A model generated the notes under the pieces. It was not told the DNA's origin and did no database searches. It saw only the letters and a program-made list of their open reading frames with translations. This document shows, piece by piece, positions 49,574 through 60,891 of a stretch of DNA of 64,000 nucleotides. The position numbers and the translations under genes were made by a program. The DNA comes from Asterias rubens (Eukaryota): assembly GCF_902459465.1 (NCBI RefSeq), contig NC_047083.1, positions 1,736,001 to 1,800,000 of the forward strand. The letters are read 5' to 3'. How positions within the stretch are numbered: position 1 is the first letter of the stretch; each line of letters opens with the position of its first letter.

Positions 49574-52325
49574 TTCGGTGAAAATATATAGCTCAGGTTT
49601 TACCCCAAACTGCAAGTTTCAGAGACGTACAGACGCAAAATTTCTCCGATGCGATAAAGATCTTTAAACGGATGCTGGGTGTCAAAGTTCACACATGTTT
49701 CGTTTCATTAGAAGGCGCGCCAAAAAAAAAAAAAAAGTTCATAAGTGGGGTGAGCCACCAAGCGGCGAAAGTTAAACAACCGACTTCGATTTACTTGTTT
49801 CGGTTATCACGGTTTTGGGAGCAAAATAAAACAACAAAATACGTTTTTTACGATAGTTTCACTCATTACTCTTTGCATAGTAACATAAACTTTCCTTCCA
49901 AATTGAGATTGGATAACTTACCGTATGGCGCCACCACCTTTTCACTCATTAATACAAAAGGGGATATCTCATTAAGGTAAATTAGATACTATATCATTTC
50001 ACATCAAATGAAAATGTGGTGGCGGGGGGGGGGGGGGGGGGCAGAGTCTTATGCCACTATAAGCGGGCGATCTGGAGTGTGCCCATTTTCTGAGGCCGTA
50101 ATCACATTATGTAAGCGCAGACATTGCTTAGTTAAAACCATGGGGCTATAAAACAAATTTGGTTCAGGTACCGGGGGAACACAATATGATTATAAAGCTT
50201 ATCATTGCTTTTGCTTAACAGCAAGGAATGCTAATCATGGCTTTATAGTAACACCTTTATGAAAGTTGGCCCTGGGGTGTTAGAGGTCTGGACTCTCCTC
50301 GACCTTCACATCGCCTGCTGACTGATGAGCTCCAAACTGGCTTCGTCCAGGGCAAACCGGATGCGTTTCTAAGTGAACCACTCCCGTAAGCTCTTAGGAT
50401 AAAATAACATACCAAATTACCCCCTTGAGACAGCAGGGCCAGCAGGTGTTCTTGAAAATCAATTCAAGGTTTTCCTAGTGGGCGCTTGCAGGCCTTACTT
50501 GAGGCTGGTAGGAATTAGTTCGTCAACCCCCTCCTAAACTTAGGCCCCACACTTATGGTTTTCAATGGTCAGTTTCAGAGCATGATGGTTTCAGCAAAAA
50601 ATTAAAACAAATTACAAAATATAATTTAATTAAAACGAACTTAAATTTACTAATTTCCCTTAACGAAGTTTCTAAACCTATTGCGATACAACTATTTTGT
50701 TTCGTGCACACATGACTTACTTTGAAGGCAAGTATTCTTCAATGTTGTTGTTTCGTGCTTCATCCATGGTTCGTGTGACGTAATGCTAACGGTGTAAACT
50801 TCAGTGAGCGCGGCGGCGTTCAAAGTGCAAAAAAAAACTACTTTTTTTTTTTTTTTTTTTTTTTTTGGGGGGGGGGTAATTTGTGGAGGAGATGCAAGGC
50901 CAATGTTACAAGGATGCACGTTCAAACAGTGTAATAAAGTATTTGAAACCACGAACTAACATTCAACACAAAGCACAGGGAAAGGGCACACATGGTATTT
51001 TCTCTAAGCACTTCCCATGCAACCTGGTGCACTCATTTTCCTTCCTCAATGGTGCAGCACACTATTTCCCGGAAGATGGGCAGGAATCCAATTTCTGTTC
51101 CAGTGACCTTGATCGTGTGTTTACGTTCGTTGCACCCTCTGCAGCTCACACAAACTCCCCATGGTACGTGCCAGCAGCCAGCACACGGAGCAAGAATGTT
51201 GAATGATGAGGAATGATAATTTAATGTACAGATGAGTGCGAAGATCAGTAGCTTCCTTTCCCCCCGAATCTGCAGACACGAACACCAATGATTGTGAAAA
51301 TAATAGTCAACTTCTACCGGCAACTAATTTTTGTGTGACTCTTGTTGCAAACTCTTCACTAGTTTCTGGTTCTACGACGTTCAGGATTCCTGCCCCACAT
51401 TTTTATAGTAGGAGTTGGCTTTTGACGAAACTTCGGTAAGTTTTTCTGAGTTCTATTTTATTCCATTCTTTAAACATCAACCGTGAACAATTGAGAAGTA
51501 GAGATTTTCGAGTGAAGAACATCATTGGGGGACTCATATCAAATAAAAGGCGGGCCTATTAACCCAGGCCCTCCACCAGTCAGTGATGTTTTCCCTCGAA
51601 TTGTATACACTTTAAACTTTTCAGCTTTAGTTTTATTGGCATAGTTTTTGGAATGTTATTTTTTTTTAACCGAACGTTCGGTGGAATGAAGAAGATACTG
51701 GAAAGAAAAACGAAACTTCTTCCCAGCCCTCCTTCTCATCCTTCACCCTTGCTCGATGCTTCATCCACCAAGGGAGGGGATAGTGTCCTCCTTCACTCAA
51801 CTCGTCTGGACAAAATTGAAAGTCACAAAGACAAAATTTGCGGCCTGACGTGGCAGAGGTTATAGTGGAAATTTAGTACTCAATAAAAAACAACAACATT
51901 AGTTTAGTTTAGTACCAGTTAAGTTACCACCATCATTGCCAACCAACCAAACATTATTTTTGCAAAGTTTTAAAGCGACATCCGCTATACGGCCATGGTT
52001 GTTGTTGGCGGAAACGTCGACGCTTAATGGACTTGTTTGTTTATATGATCTTCCTGTCTATGATTATAAATTGCACACATATACATTTTAAATAAATATT
52101 GTGATTCAGTAACTAGACAACAATGCTTATTCTAGTCACTGTGATATAATAAGTGGTTAGCAAGTCCTGCATAAATAGTCTATAATACTGCAACGGCGAC
52201 CCATCGGTGCTTCAGTCAATCCGTACTATTTTGTATTGCAATAAATCGACTCGAACCTCTCATCCACCCTCTCCGATGATGCAGGGGAAAAACCAAGCAC
52301 AGTAAACTTGCGGGTGTACATTTGG

Positions 52326-52400
52326 TCTCGACGTTTCGAACAGTCTACCCTGCTCGTCTCAGGAGAAAGATCAGAGTATATACTGATCGAAACGTCGAGA
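52326..52400. ncRNA. Two degenerate hammerhead motifs joined head-to-head (one minus, one 3'-half plus)
   Basis: Minus: tctcCTGAGAcgagcagggtagactgttcGAAAcGTCgaga (core one nt short). Plus: gatcag-agtatata-ctgatc GAAAcGTCgaga with no CTGANGA. Confidence 0.55.
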
Positions 52401-52598
52401 CCAAACCGGTTTTTTTTTTTTCAGAGCCCCCACTCCTTCAAGAGAGATTTTATCCATGGTTGTACTCGCAAGTTCGCTATTAATATTTATATTGATAGTT
52501 ACTCTTATTCTCCACACCATGCAAAGTTTCAAACACCATTTAACCATGTAATAGTTCTCTTTTGGGGAGTGTTGGCTTTGAGGGGAGCCAGGGTTTGG

Positions 52599-52640
52599 TC
52601 TCGACGTTTCGAGCAGTATACCCTGCTCGTCTTCAGGAGA
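52599..52640 (-). ncRNA. Minimal type I hammerhead ribozyme (Penelope-like-element type)
   Basis: Reverse strand TCTC-CTGAAGA-C-GAGCAG-GGTATA-CTGCTC-GAAAC-GTC-GAGA: 4-bp stem I, intact core, 6-bp stem II, loop-less palindromic ACGT stem III; predicted cleavage after the C at 52603. Confidence 0.75.
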
Positions 52641-52724
52641 AACATAAAGGAACTTCACGTAGCACAGACCGGATGAAGAAAACAGCAGAGACTTGGCATC
52701 TGTCTCGGTCAAATGACACATGTC

Positions 52725-53257
52725 TTAAAGGCAGGGTGTACTTTTGGCAGTTACTCCACAAGTTTAATGACCATACAGTTTTACTTGGTAAAGAGCACTG
52801 GGGAGCTGTGTGTAAGCCTATTGATTATAAAATAATTATTGTTTAGAAATGACCCCAAAGTTGAAGCAATGAATTTAATGTAGTTTTAGAGAAAGAAGTT
52901 TTTTTCTTTAACCAACTACTTTAATCTGGGACAGGCTTCAAACGTGAGGCTTTTCTCAGGCTGTGTTTCGAAATAGGGTATTTATTCCAGTCATTTTTTT
53001 TTTGATCCATTTAATCGCAAAATTAAGTCAAAATTGTTTGCAGGTTTTGTATTATTTTTATGGGTATGTTGGGAAACACCTAGGATACACCTGTCCTTGT
53101 TCTATTGATATACACCAAAGAGCAAACTAGGCTTGCTTTTCGGATACCATGGCCATGCATGGAGGTATTCTTCTTCCATGGATACACCAACTTACCAAGT
53201 GATGATATACTGGTCTTTGACATTGGCAATTTAACAAAAAGTATACCCTGCCGTTAA
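52725..53257. mobile_element. TTAA-flanked MITE (ttaaaggcagggtgtactttt / aaaagtataccctgccgttaa)
   Basis: TIRs visible; shares its right TTAA with the adjacent family-B copy. Confidence 0.65.
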
Positions 53258-53825
53258 AGCCATTGAACACTTTCGGTAAACAGTATTGTCCGAGGCCCAC
53301 ACTTCGTGTATCATAACTTATATATAAAATAACAAACCTGTGAAAATTTAGGCTCAATCGGTCATCGGAGTCGGGAGAAAATAACGGGAAGACCCACCCT
53401 TGTTTCCTCATGTTTCGCCATGACATGTGTTTTAAAATAAATCTGTTATTCTCGATATCGAGAATTGATTAATTGTTTTAATGTTTTCCCAAAAAGTAAA
53501 GCATTTCATGGAATAATATTTCAAGGGAAGTCTTTCACCATTACCTTTTGTAAACCCTGTAGTTATTTGTAAATCTGTGATTTTTGTATTTTTTTTCGTA
53601 CCGAAAGTGTCCAATGGCTTTAAACCCTTTGCTAATTGAAACCCTTGTTAGCCTCCCTCATCCCCTTCGCAATAACGCACAATGCCGACCATTGATGGAT
53701 CGAAACTCACATTTTATGCCCGTGTTTGCCCTCGGATGAGCTCCGCCACACACCAGGAACAACCCTCCGTTGTTCTCAAGCCAGAACTTTCCCCAATTTT
53801 AACGAGGACACAAGGTACCGACACA

Positions 53826-54295
53826 TAGTCTCTGCTCGAGACGTTTAATATGCATGAACCGATCGCTGTGATCCACAGACTAGCGCGTCTAACAAGGATC
53901 CGATTATAAACGTCTGGTTACAAAGACTAACTGACAGAAACAGTAGACTAATTTCAAGTGATGAAACACTGGGATGGTTAATATGAGTGTAGAGCCACCT
54001 CTGGTTTTGACCCAGTGACCTCTAGCAATCAAGGTCAATGTTGACTCTTAGTCTCTGTTCGAGACGTTCTGTGTGAACCGATCGCTGTGATTCACAGACT
54101 ATAACTACGATTGTCCATCAAGGATCCGATTACAACGTCTGGTTACGCAGACTAAGTGACAGAAACAGTAGACTAATTTCAAGTGATGAAACACTGGGAT
54201 GGTTAAAGCATGGAGGAACCTTCCTCCTAAAGTGGGAGTCGGCACTTTCTTGTTTTGACCTAGTGACCCCAAGCAATCAAGGTCAAAGTTGACTT
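53826..54295. repeat. Diverged tandem duplication (~223 and ~245 bp) with a 49-bp identical core
   Basis: Units start 53826 and 54049; core 53933-53981 = 54158-54206. Confidence 0.85.
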
Positions 54296-55800
54296 AAGTC
54301 AATTGAAAAAATAAACAGCTTGGCTTTGTCTTTGGGATTTCTTTATCTTGAAGGCACTGGACACTATTGGTTATTGCTCTTGGTAAGGAGCAACGGAGAG
54401 ATGTTGATAATATAACTTGTGAGAAACGGCTCTCTCTGAAGTAACATAGTTTTTTAGAAAGAAGTAATTTCTCACTAAAATATTTGATTTGAATTCGAGA
54501 CCTCAGCTGCTGAGGTCTCGAATTCAAACATCTGAAATCACACAACTTAAATGACAATTATGGTGTTTTTTCTTCGTTTTGGGCCTCTCACCTTCGACGA
54601 CCAATTAAGTTGAAATTTTCACAGGTGTATTATTTTATGCATGTTCAATGTTAAGATACACAAAGTGAGAATACTGGCTAAGCCTGACAAAATGCTGTAA
54701 ATTTTCGCCTTATTTCAAATGTTTGCCTTATAATAGGGTGCAGTTACCCCCCCCCCCCCACACACGTCAAAATGCAGTGCGAACCCTACTTCCAAACACA
54801 AAAACGTGCAGAGTATTTTGCCCGTGTAAAGCTCGCGTAAGACGCCAATTGCATACCTCACAAAGTTGAAAGTGCTGTCATTGATGACTAATAACTAGGA
54901 AATCTTCATGAGATTAACACATTTTTAAAGTAAGTTTTCAGTTTGATCATAACTATTTTATTTACATCCTTATTTGTGAGCACCTATTTGGTCGAATTTG
55001 CCAACAATAAATAATTGGAAATAGTTTGATTAGTAAACCTTTAATTTAAATCAAAAATATACACAGATATGAGTTCCATTACAAGATTATAAATACATGT
55101 ATACGTACAATTTAGTTATAATCATAAACGAATAAGTTAACAATACACATTAGGTCTCATTGCAAAGTTCAGAAAGTTGTTTTGTATATTATTTTATGAA
55201 TTACACTTAACTTGAAATTTTTACAAGTTTGATTTTTTGAGATGCAAACTTAATTAGAAAATTCATGAAAGGCACTGGACACTTTTGGTAATTGTCAAAG
55301 ACTAGTCTTCTCACTAGGTATTTCTCAACATAATATGCATAAAATAACAAACCTGTGAACATTTGAGCTCAATTGGTCGTCGACGTTGCGAGATAATAAT
55401 GAAAGAAAAAACACCCTTGTCACACGAAGTTGTGTGCTTTCAGATGCTTGATTTTTCGAGACCTCAAAATTCTAAATCTGAGGTCTCGAAATCAAATTCG
55501 TGGAAAATTACTTCTTTCTCGAAAACTATGTCACTTCAGAGGGAGCTGTTTCTAACAATGATTTGTACCGTCAACCTCTCCCCATTATTCGTCGTCACCA
55601 AGTATGGTTTTATGCTAATAATTATTTTGAGTAATTACCAATAGTGTCCACTGCCTTTAAACCGACGTAGAAGCGAAGTGTATACAAGCTTCCATCGTAA
55701 TGTTTCTCCCTGAAGGTAAACATCATTCAGTTTAGACACGGCTGGGCTCTTATTCTTTCCGTGGTTCCGCAGGGATTGATGCTTGGTCCACTCGTCAGTT

Positions 55801-58800
55801 TTACTCCGACGTCATCATCTTTACGAAGTCTTCACACATGTCAAAATAATAAGTTTTCAATAATTCTTATTAGGGGTTAAAATGTAATTTCTGAACTATA
55901 CAAGACGGACATTGTAAGTTTTGGTTTATGCCTAAAGAAAATTAATACAAAATGACATCAAAATCATGGGATTGTAAAATGTATGTTTTACCTTCATAAG
56001 ATACACGCCCATCCCCATCATGATCCGCCTCTTTAATCATCTGACTGACGTCATCGTCTGAGAAGGTCTCCCCATAGAGGGCGCCCACTTGACGAATTTC
56101 TTCGGCACTTTAATTAAGTAAGGCAAAAATGAAGTTGAAGAACAAATTAATATATTAATAAATAAATAATTGGAAAACAGCGGCTTAAAGCTCAATTGTC
56201 CTTTTTTTTTAAATACCCTTTTTTTCTTTTAATAAACTGTTATTGAGTTGTTAATGATGGTTTTACATTACAAGTAAGACAACAAATTAGGAGTCAAAAA
56301 TAAACCAACCACAACCCCCCCCCCCCCCAACAAAAAACACCTTGGTACACAGGCTTTGCTGTTGTTAACTTATTAATTTAGATCTTGAAATGTAATACAT
56401 TATTTTCTCACCAAATGAAACCGTTTCCGTTTCTGTCGAACACTTTAAAGGTCTTGTCAATCTCCTCCTCCGTCATCATGACGTCATCATTTCGTCCAGC
56501 ACCGGACTCTTGCCTCACCATCTTCTTTGCCATCAAGGCAAGAAATTCGTTCAGTTCTATTGTATTGTTACCTAAAGGAAAATAAAAATACCCACATTTG
56601 CTTTTGTTGTTGGTCAACAGTCAGTAGGAGACTTTTGGACCGCTAGGTGGCAGCAGACTTACTGGTTATTTGTTTACGTATTTTGAGAACACACCCGTTT
56701 CTTGACAAACAACTGGCGCGCGTGTTTGCTATACTTCTGATCAGAAACAATAAAACACTAACGTCTGAGCTATAGTGGGAAGATACACTGTGACCCGTAC
56801 AGCTGACACTACATGACTGTGCAAAATGAGGCAATTTCTAAAAGTAATTTTGTACAATCATTCCCATTGTATTCCACGTATCCGCACAAAGGGACCTGTA
56901 TGATTGTATTCCGGGAAATACATAAGAAGTGAAAGAAAAAAAAAGTTCAAACCAGTACCAATCCTCCAGAGCTAAGTTTCCTGAAACCTTTGTGAGAAAC
57001 GGCTCCCTCTGAAGTTACGTAGTTTTTGAGAAAGAGTTAATATCTCACTAAAAAAAATGTGAATTGAATTCGAGACCTCAGCTATGGGAGGGCAGTGCGC
57101 AGAACCAGCAGTTCGCGCGGAGAGCACCGACCGCTGCAACTCGACTATCTCACCGCGTCGGACCATGAACGACTTGTCCACAAGTCGAACGACTTGTCCA
57201 CAAGTCTAACACCTTCCCTTTAATGATCCCACAAGTTGAATGCATGGCGTGTTTGTTAAAAACCAAAGTTAAAGGCAGTGGACACTATTGGTAATTACTC
57301 AAAATAATTGTTAGGATAAAACCTTTCTTGGTAACGAGTAATGGGGAGAGGTTGACGGTATAAAACACTGTGAGAAACGGCTCCCTCTGAAGTGCCATAG
57401 TTTTCGAGAAAGAAGTAATTTTCCACGAATTTGATTTCGGGACCTCAGATTTAGAACTTGAGGTCTCGAAATCAACCATCTAAACGCACACAACTTCGTG
57501 TGACAGGGGTGTTTTTTTCTTTCATTATTATCTTGCAAGTTTGATGACCGATTGAGCTCAAATTTTCACAGGTTTGTTATTTTATGCATTTTTTTTATGT
57601 TGAGGTACACTAAACTGTGAAGACTGGTCTTTGATAATTACCAATAGGTGTCCAATGTCTTTAAGGAACTATTTATTATACAAATTAAAAAATAATGTTA
57701 TGGCATATTAACGTTGTTTTAATTAACTATCAAAACACACTCATTGTTGACGCTAATAATTAGTGTTGAAAAGACTTTGGCACATTATGTTGTTTGCACT
57801 CTGGACGCTAAACACCAAGCTTAATTATAGATTTAATAATCCACCTAGCTATGTTTGGGATTGGAAGGATTTGACGTTCATCAAGCAGAATTAGTCTCTT
57901 CTCAAAACGTTTATCAACCAAAGCGTGGAAATAAAGCTACAATAAGTATAGCGTGTCGTTGACGAGCGGTTAAGAACACTGGAATGGTGTTTCCAATCGG
58001 CAGAGTGTGGGTTCAAATCCCGGTGGTGGCACTTGTGTCATTTAGCAAGATACCAACATTGTTGTCTCCCCCGAGGGTTTAATAAGCCATTATAGGATTG
58101 GTAAGCGCACTTCTAAAAACCCCATAACACTTAGAGTTGTGGTTTATCCCGGGCGTTTTTGGCCCACATAACAAGCACCCTTGTTTACAGGGTTCTTCAT
58201 GCTTGCGAGCAACAGTGGAAGAGAGGGATTATCCCCTGGTTCAAATAGCAGGCACCCTTGTTTACAGTTGCAAACTAAATGTAGGCCTATGTTAACAATC
58301 AGCAACAATAATAAATGTTTACCATCTACGTCTGCCTCTTTAATCAGTCCCTGCAGCTCCTTCTTTGATGGGTTGAGTCCAATCGACCTCAGAACCACAG
58401 CCAGCTCTTCGCATGTTACAGTACCGTCGCCATCTTTGTCGAATATGGAAAATGCTTCTTTAAACTCTGGTGAGAAAAAAGAGGAAGAGGAAACAGACAA
58501 ATTATTTATCACAATGATTGTGTCCGTCCGGGTCCTAACCCCGGACCAAGACATTAGAGAATTTTGTGCGCAAATCTAAACGTACATGCCTACAGTATAC
58601 ACCAGGAACATTCCAAAGTGGTGGACCCTCAATAGTCAGGCCTGTAATAATATACTTCGTTTTTGAAAGGGCAAGGGCACCAAGGCATTTTCTCCTTGGA
58701 AAGGGCAACCCATGAGAAAATTGTAAATTTTTACTAGAGCATTTCAAGGGCACCAGGGCAATCACCTCCATTGCCTGCGTGAAGTATCAGGTCTGAAGAT

Positions 58801-59879
58801 TTAATGTGTAGGCCTATACATAAGTTGAAGAACTATCAGTTTTAGATGTGGGATTGAAAGAAAAAAAGAGAAAACCCGCGAACTGTATAGGGACCAACAA
58901 CTCATTCCAAATGCAAGGTTTTGGTCCGGAGTTCGAAGTGGGGTCCGACGAGGTGACATGCAGGCGCAAAACCACTGAGCCAACTTCACCCAAAACACTT
59001 ACTTTTGGTGCAACAATAATATCCACTTCATGAAACTCCTTTTTTATCACGAGTAATAAATTATAAACGAAAGCTTTTTTTATGAAAAATAATCTATGCC
59101 GAGTTAACGAGGGTTCATATGAAATCGTCATTGTTTGGTTCAATTCCTCTGATTCATTGACCCTGGCCTTCTTTGTCAACGAATAGATTGAATTTTCTTT
59201 GTACACCATAAAAGAAAATTGTTGCAAACACTTGTATCAAAAGTTTATAAACTCACCGGAAAAATGCTGGTCACCGAGATCCCGCGTCTGGCCATTCATA
59301 AAAAAATAAAATCAAAATAATGATTGTTATTATTTGGGGGGGGGGGGGGCAAGGTCATATTATACAGAAGTACAAATAAATAAGATTATAGATACAAATA
59401 CCAAATCAATCTAGAATATAATAAATTTTAAAGAAATACTAAAAGAAGAAAAAACCATAAAAAAACAAAAATAGCAAACACCGTGGGCATGCAGTCACCT
59501 ACCTGGTTTGAATTTAGCAAAAATTACTAAGTTACGTGATTTTAACAAAAATGAATTGTGGCTGAGCATGTTGGTTAGTTGGTGTCAACAGTGCATAATG
59601 ATTTCCAGAAGGTGGACTGAAAATAGACCTTACAAGTTACAAATACATTCTTTCAACGTGTTTTTATCGTAAGATTTTGTTAAAAAGTAGGTCTGTTTTG
59701 TGCTCTTCAAATAGAGGCGTTGGCTGCATACTTTTGGTTTGATGTTGACAAAAATTGACATGAGTCAGTGACTTGGACTAAACCAAGCTTACCCCTACTC
59801 CTAAACCAAGCTTCCCTAAAATGTCATCTACACCCCCCCCCCCCCCGTTTACCCCTACTCGTACCCCTATACTCACCAT
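55801..59879 (-). CDS. Calmodulin-like EF-hand protein, 160 aa, with extended central linker
   Basis: Exons 59877-59879 (ATG only, gccATG|gtgagt; least certain), 59257-59287 (31 nt), 58323-58466 (144 nt), 56412-56571, 55992-56107, 55801-55829 (29 nt). The 3/31/144/29-nt exon sizes match calmodulin gene architecture. EF loops [48 protein letters not shown]. Confidence 0.85.
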
Positions 59880-60891
59880 GGCCATCATCACGCCTTACCT
59901 CACCATGAGCACAAAATCCTCACCGACCCTCCGCTGCACCCACCCCAACTGGCCCTCCGATGCACCCCAACCGGAATAAATCCCACGTCTTCTTTTCTTG
60001 TACACAGAGGTGAAGAAAACTCCCTGAATATTAATCCACTAAATCGGGTATGTCCACACAAAAGATCCTTGCATCCATTGTAACCACATGACCAGCCTTG
60101 GACAAACCATGGACAAACCTACTTCAGTGTGCGTTGACTGCATCATAATGAAGCTTGTTGTCCATACTAGCTAAAACTTAAAAGTCCGTTCTGGGAAAGC
60201 GACTTGTTGTCAGTACTAGCTCAGCTTTCAAAGCTCACAATAACTCGAAGAGGAAATGACGGGCCAAACTGAAAGTACCCGAGCAAGGGTAAGTACTACA
60301 CGTACGACGCATCAACGCTTCTTGCTCATCATCCGACCAGAAACTGTAGTTTTTTAAGGACGCGGAAAAAATACAGCGCTGACAGAGAATGCAACTGAAG
60401 TTAAGCTTTGTTTGCTAACAAACACTTGTGTTTGATATGCGAACTGGTAAGGGGATTGAGAGTGTGTGTACGTATTATATTAAAATAATCATTCACTCTG
60501 TTCGAAGGAACTGTATGACATTTTTCAAACATTAGTTCGAAAAAAAGTAAATATTGTTGTTGGAAGTGCCTAGAAGTGAATAAAGAAAAGTAACATCTTT
60601 TAGCGGAGTTCGAATTGGTAATCACCAAAATCTAATTTTAAGGTCTCGAAATCAAATTCAAATATTTTAGTGGAAAATTAATTATTTCTTTCTCGAAAAC
60701 TACGTAACTCCAGAGAAGGAGGCCATTCTCACAATGTCTGAGACCATCAACAGCTCTCCGTTGATCGTTACCAAGTAAGTTTTTATGCTAACAATTATTT
60801 TGAGTAATTACCGATAGAGTCCAGTGCCTTTAAATATTGTTAATCCTAAACACAACTTTCCCCTTATCTTATACAGATAAACAGAAACATC

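Noticed and set aside
50318-50380. CTGATGAG hammerhead or box C/D snoRNA
   Set aside because: No stem II or GAAA follows the CTGATGAG, and no box D/terminal stem was found.
51690-51805. Minus-strand coding exon (DELSEGGHYPLPWWMKHRARV..)
   Set aside because: Good acceptor but ambiguous donor and no compatible neighbouring exons; left unresolved.
51975-52025. Fourth hammerhead (ggcca..tggcg GAAACGTC)
   Set aside because: The CTGANGA core is absent; at most a decayed remnant.
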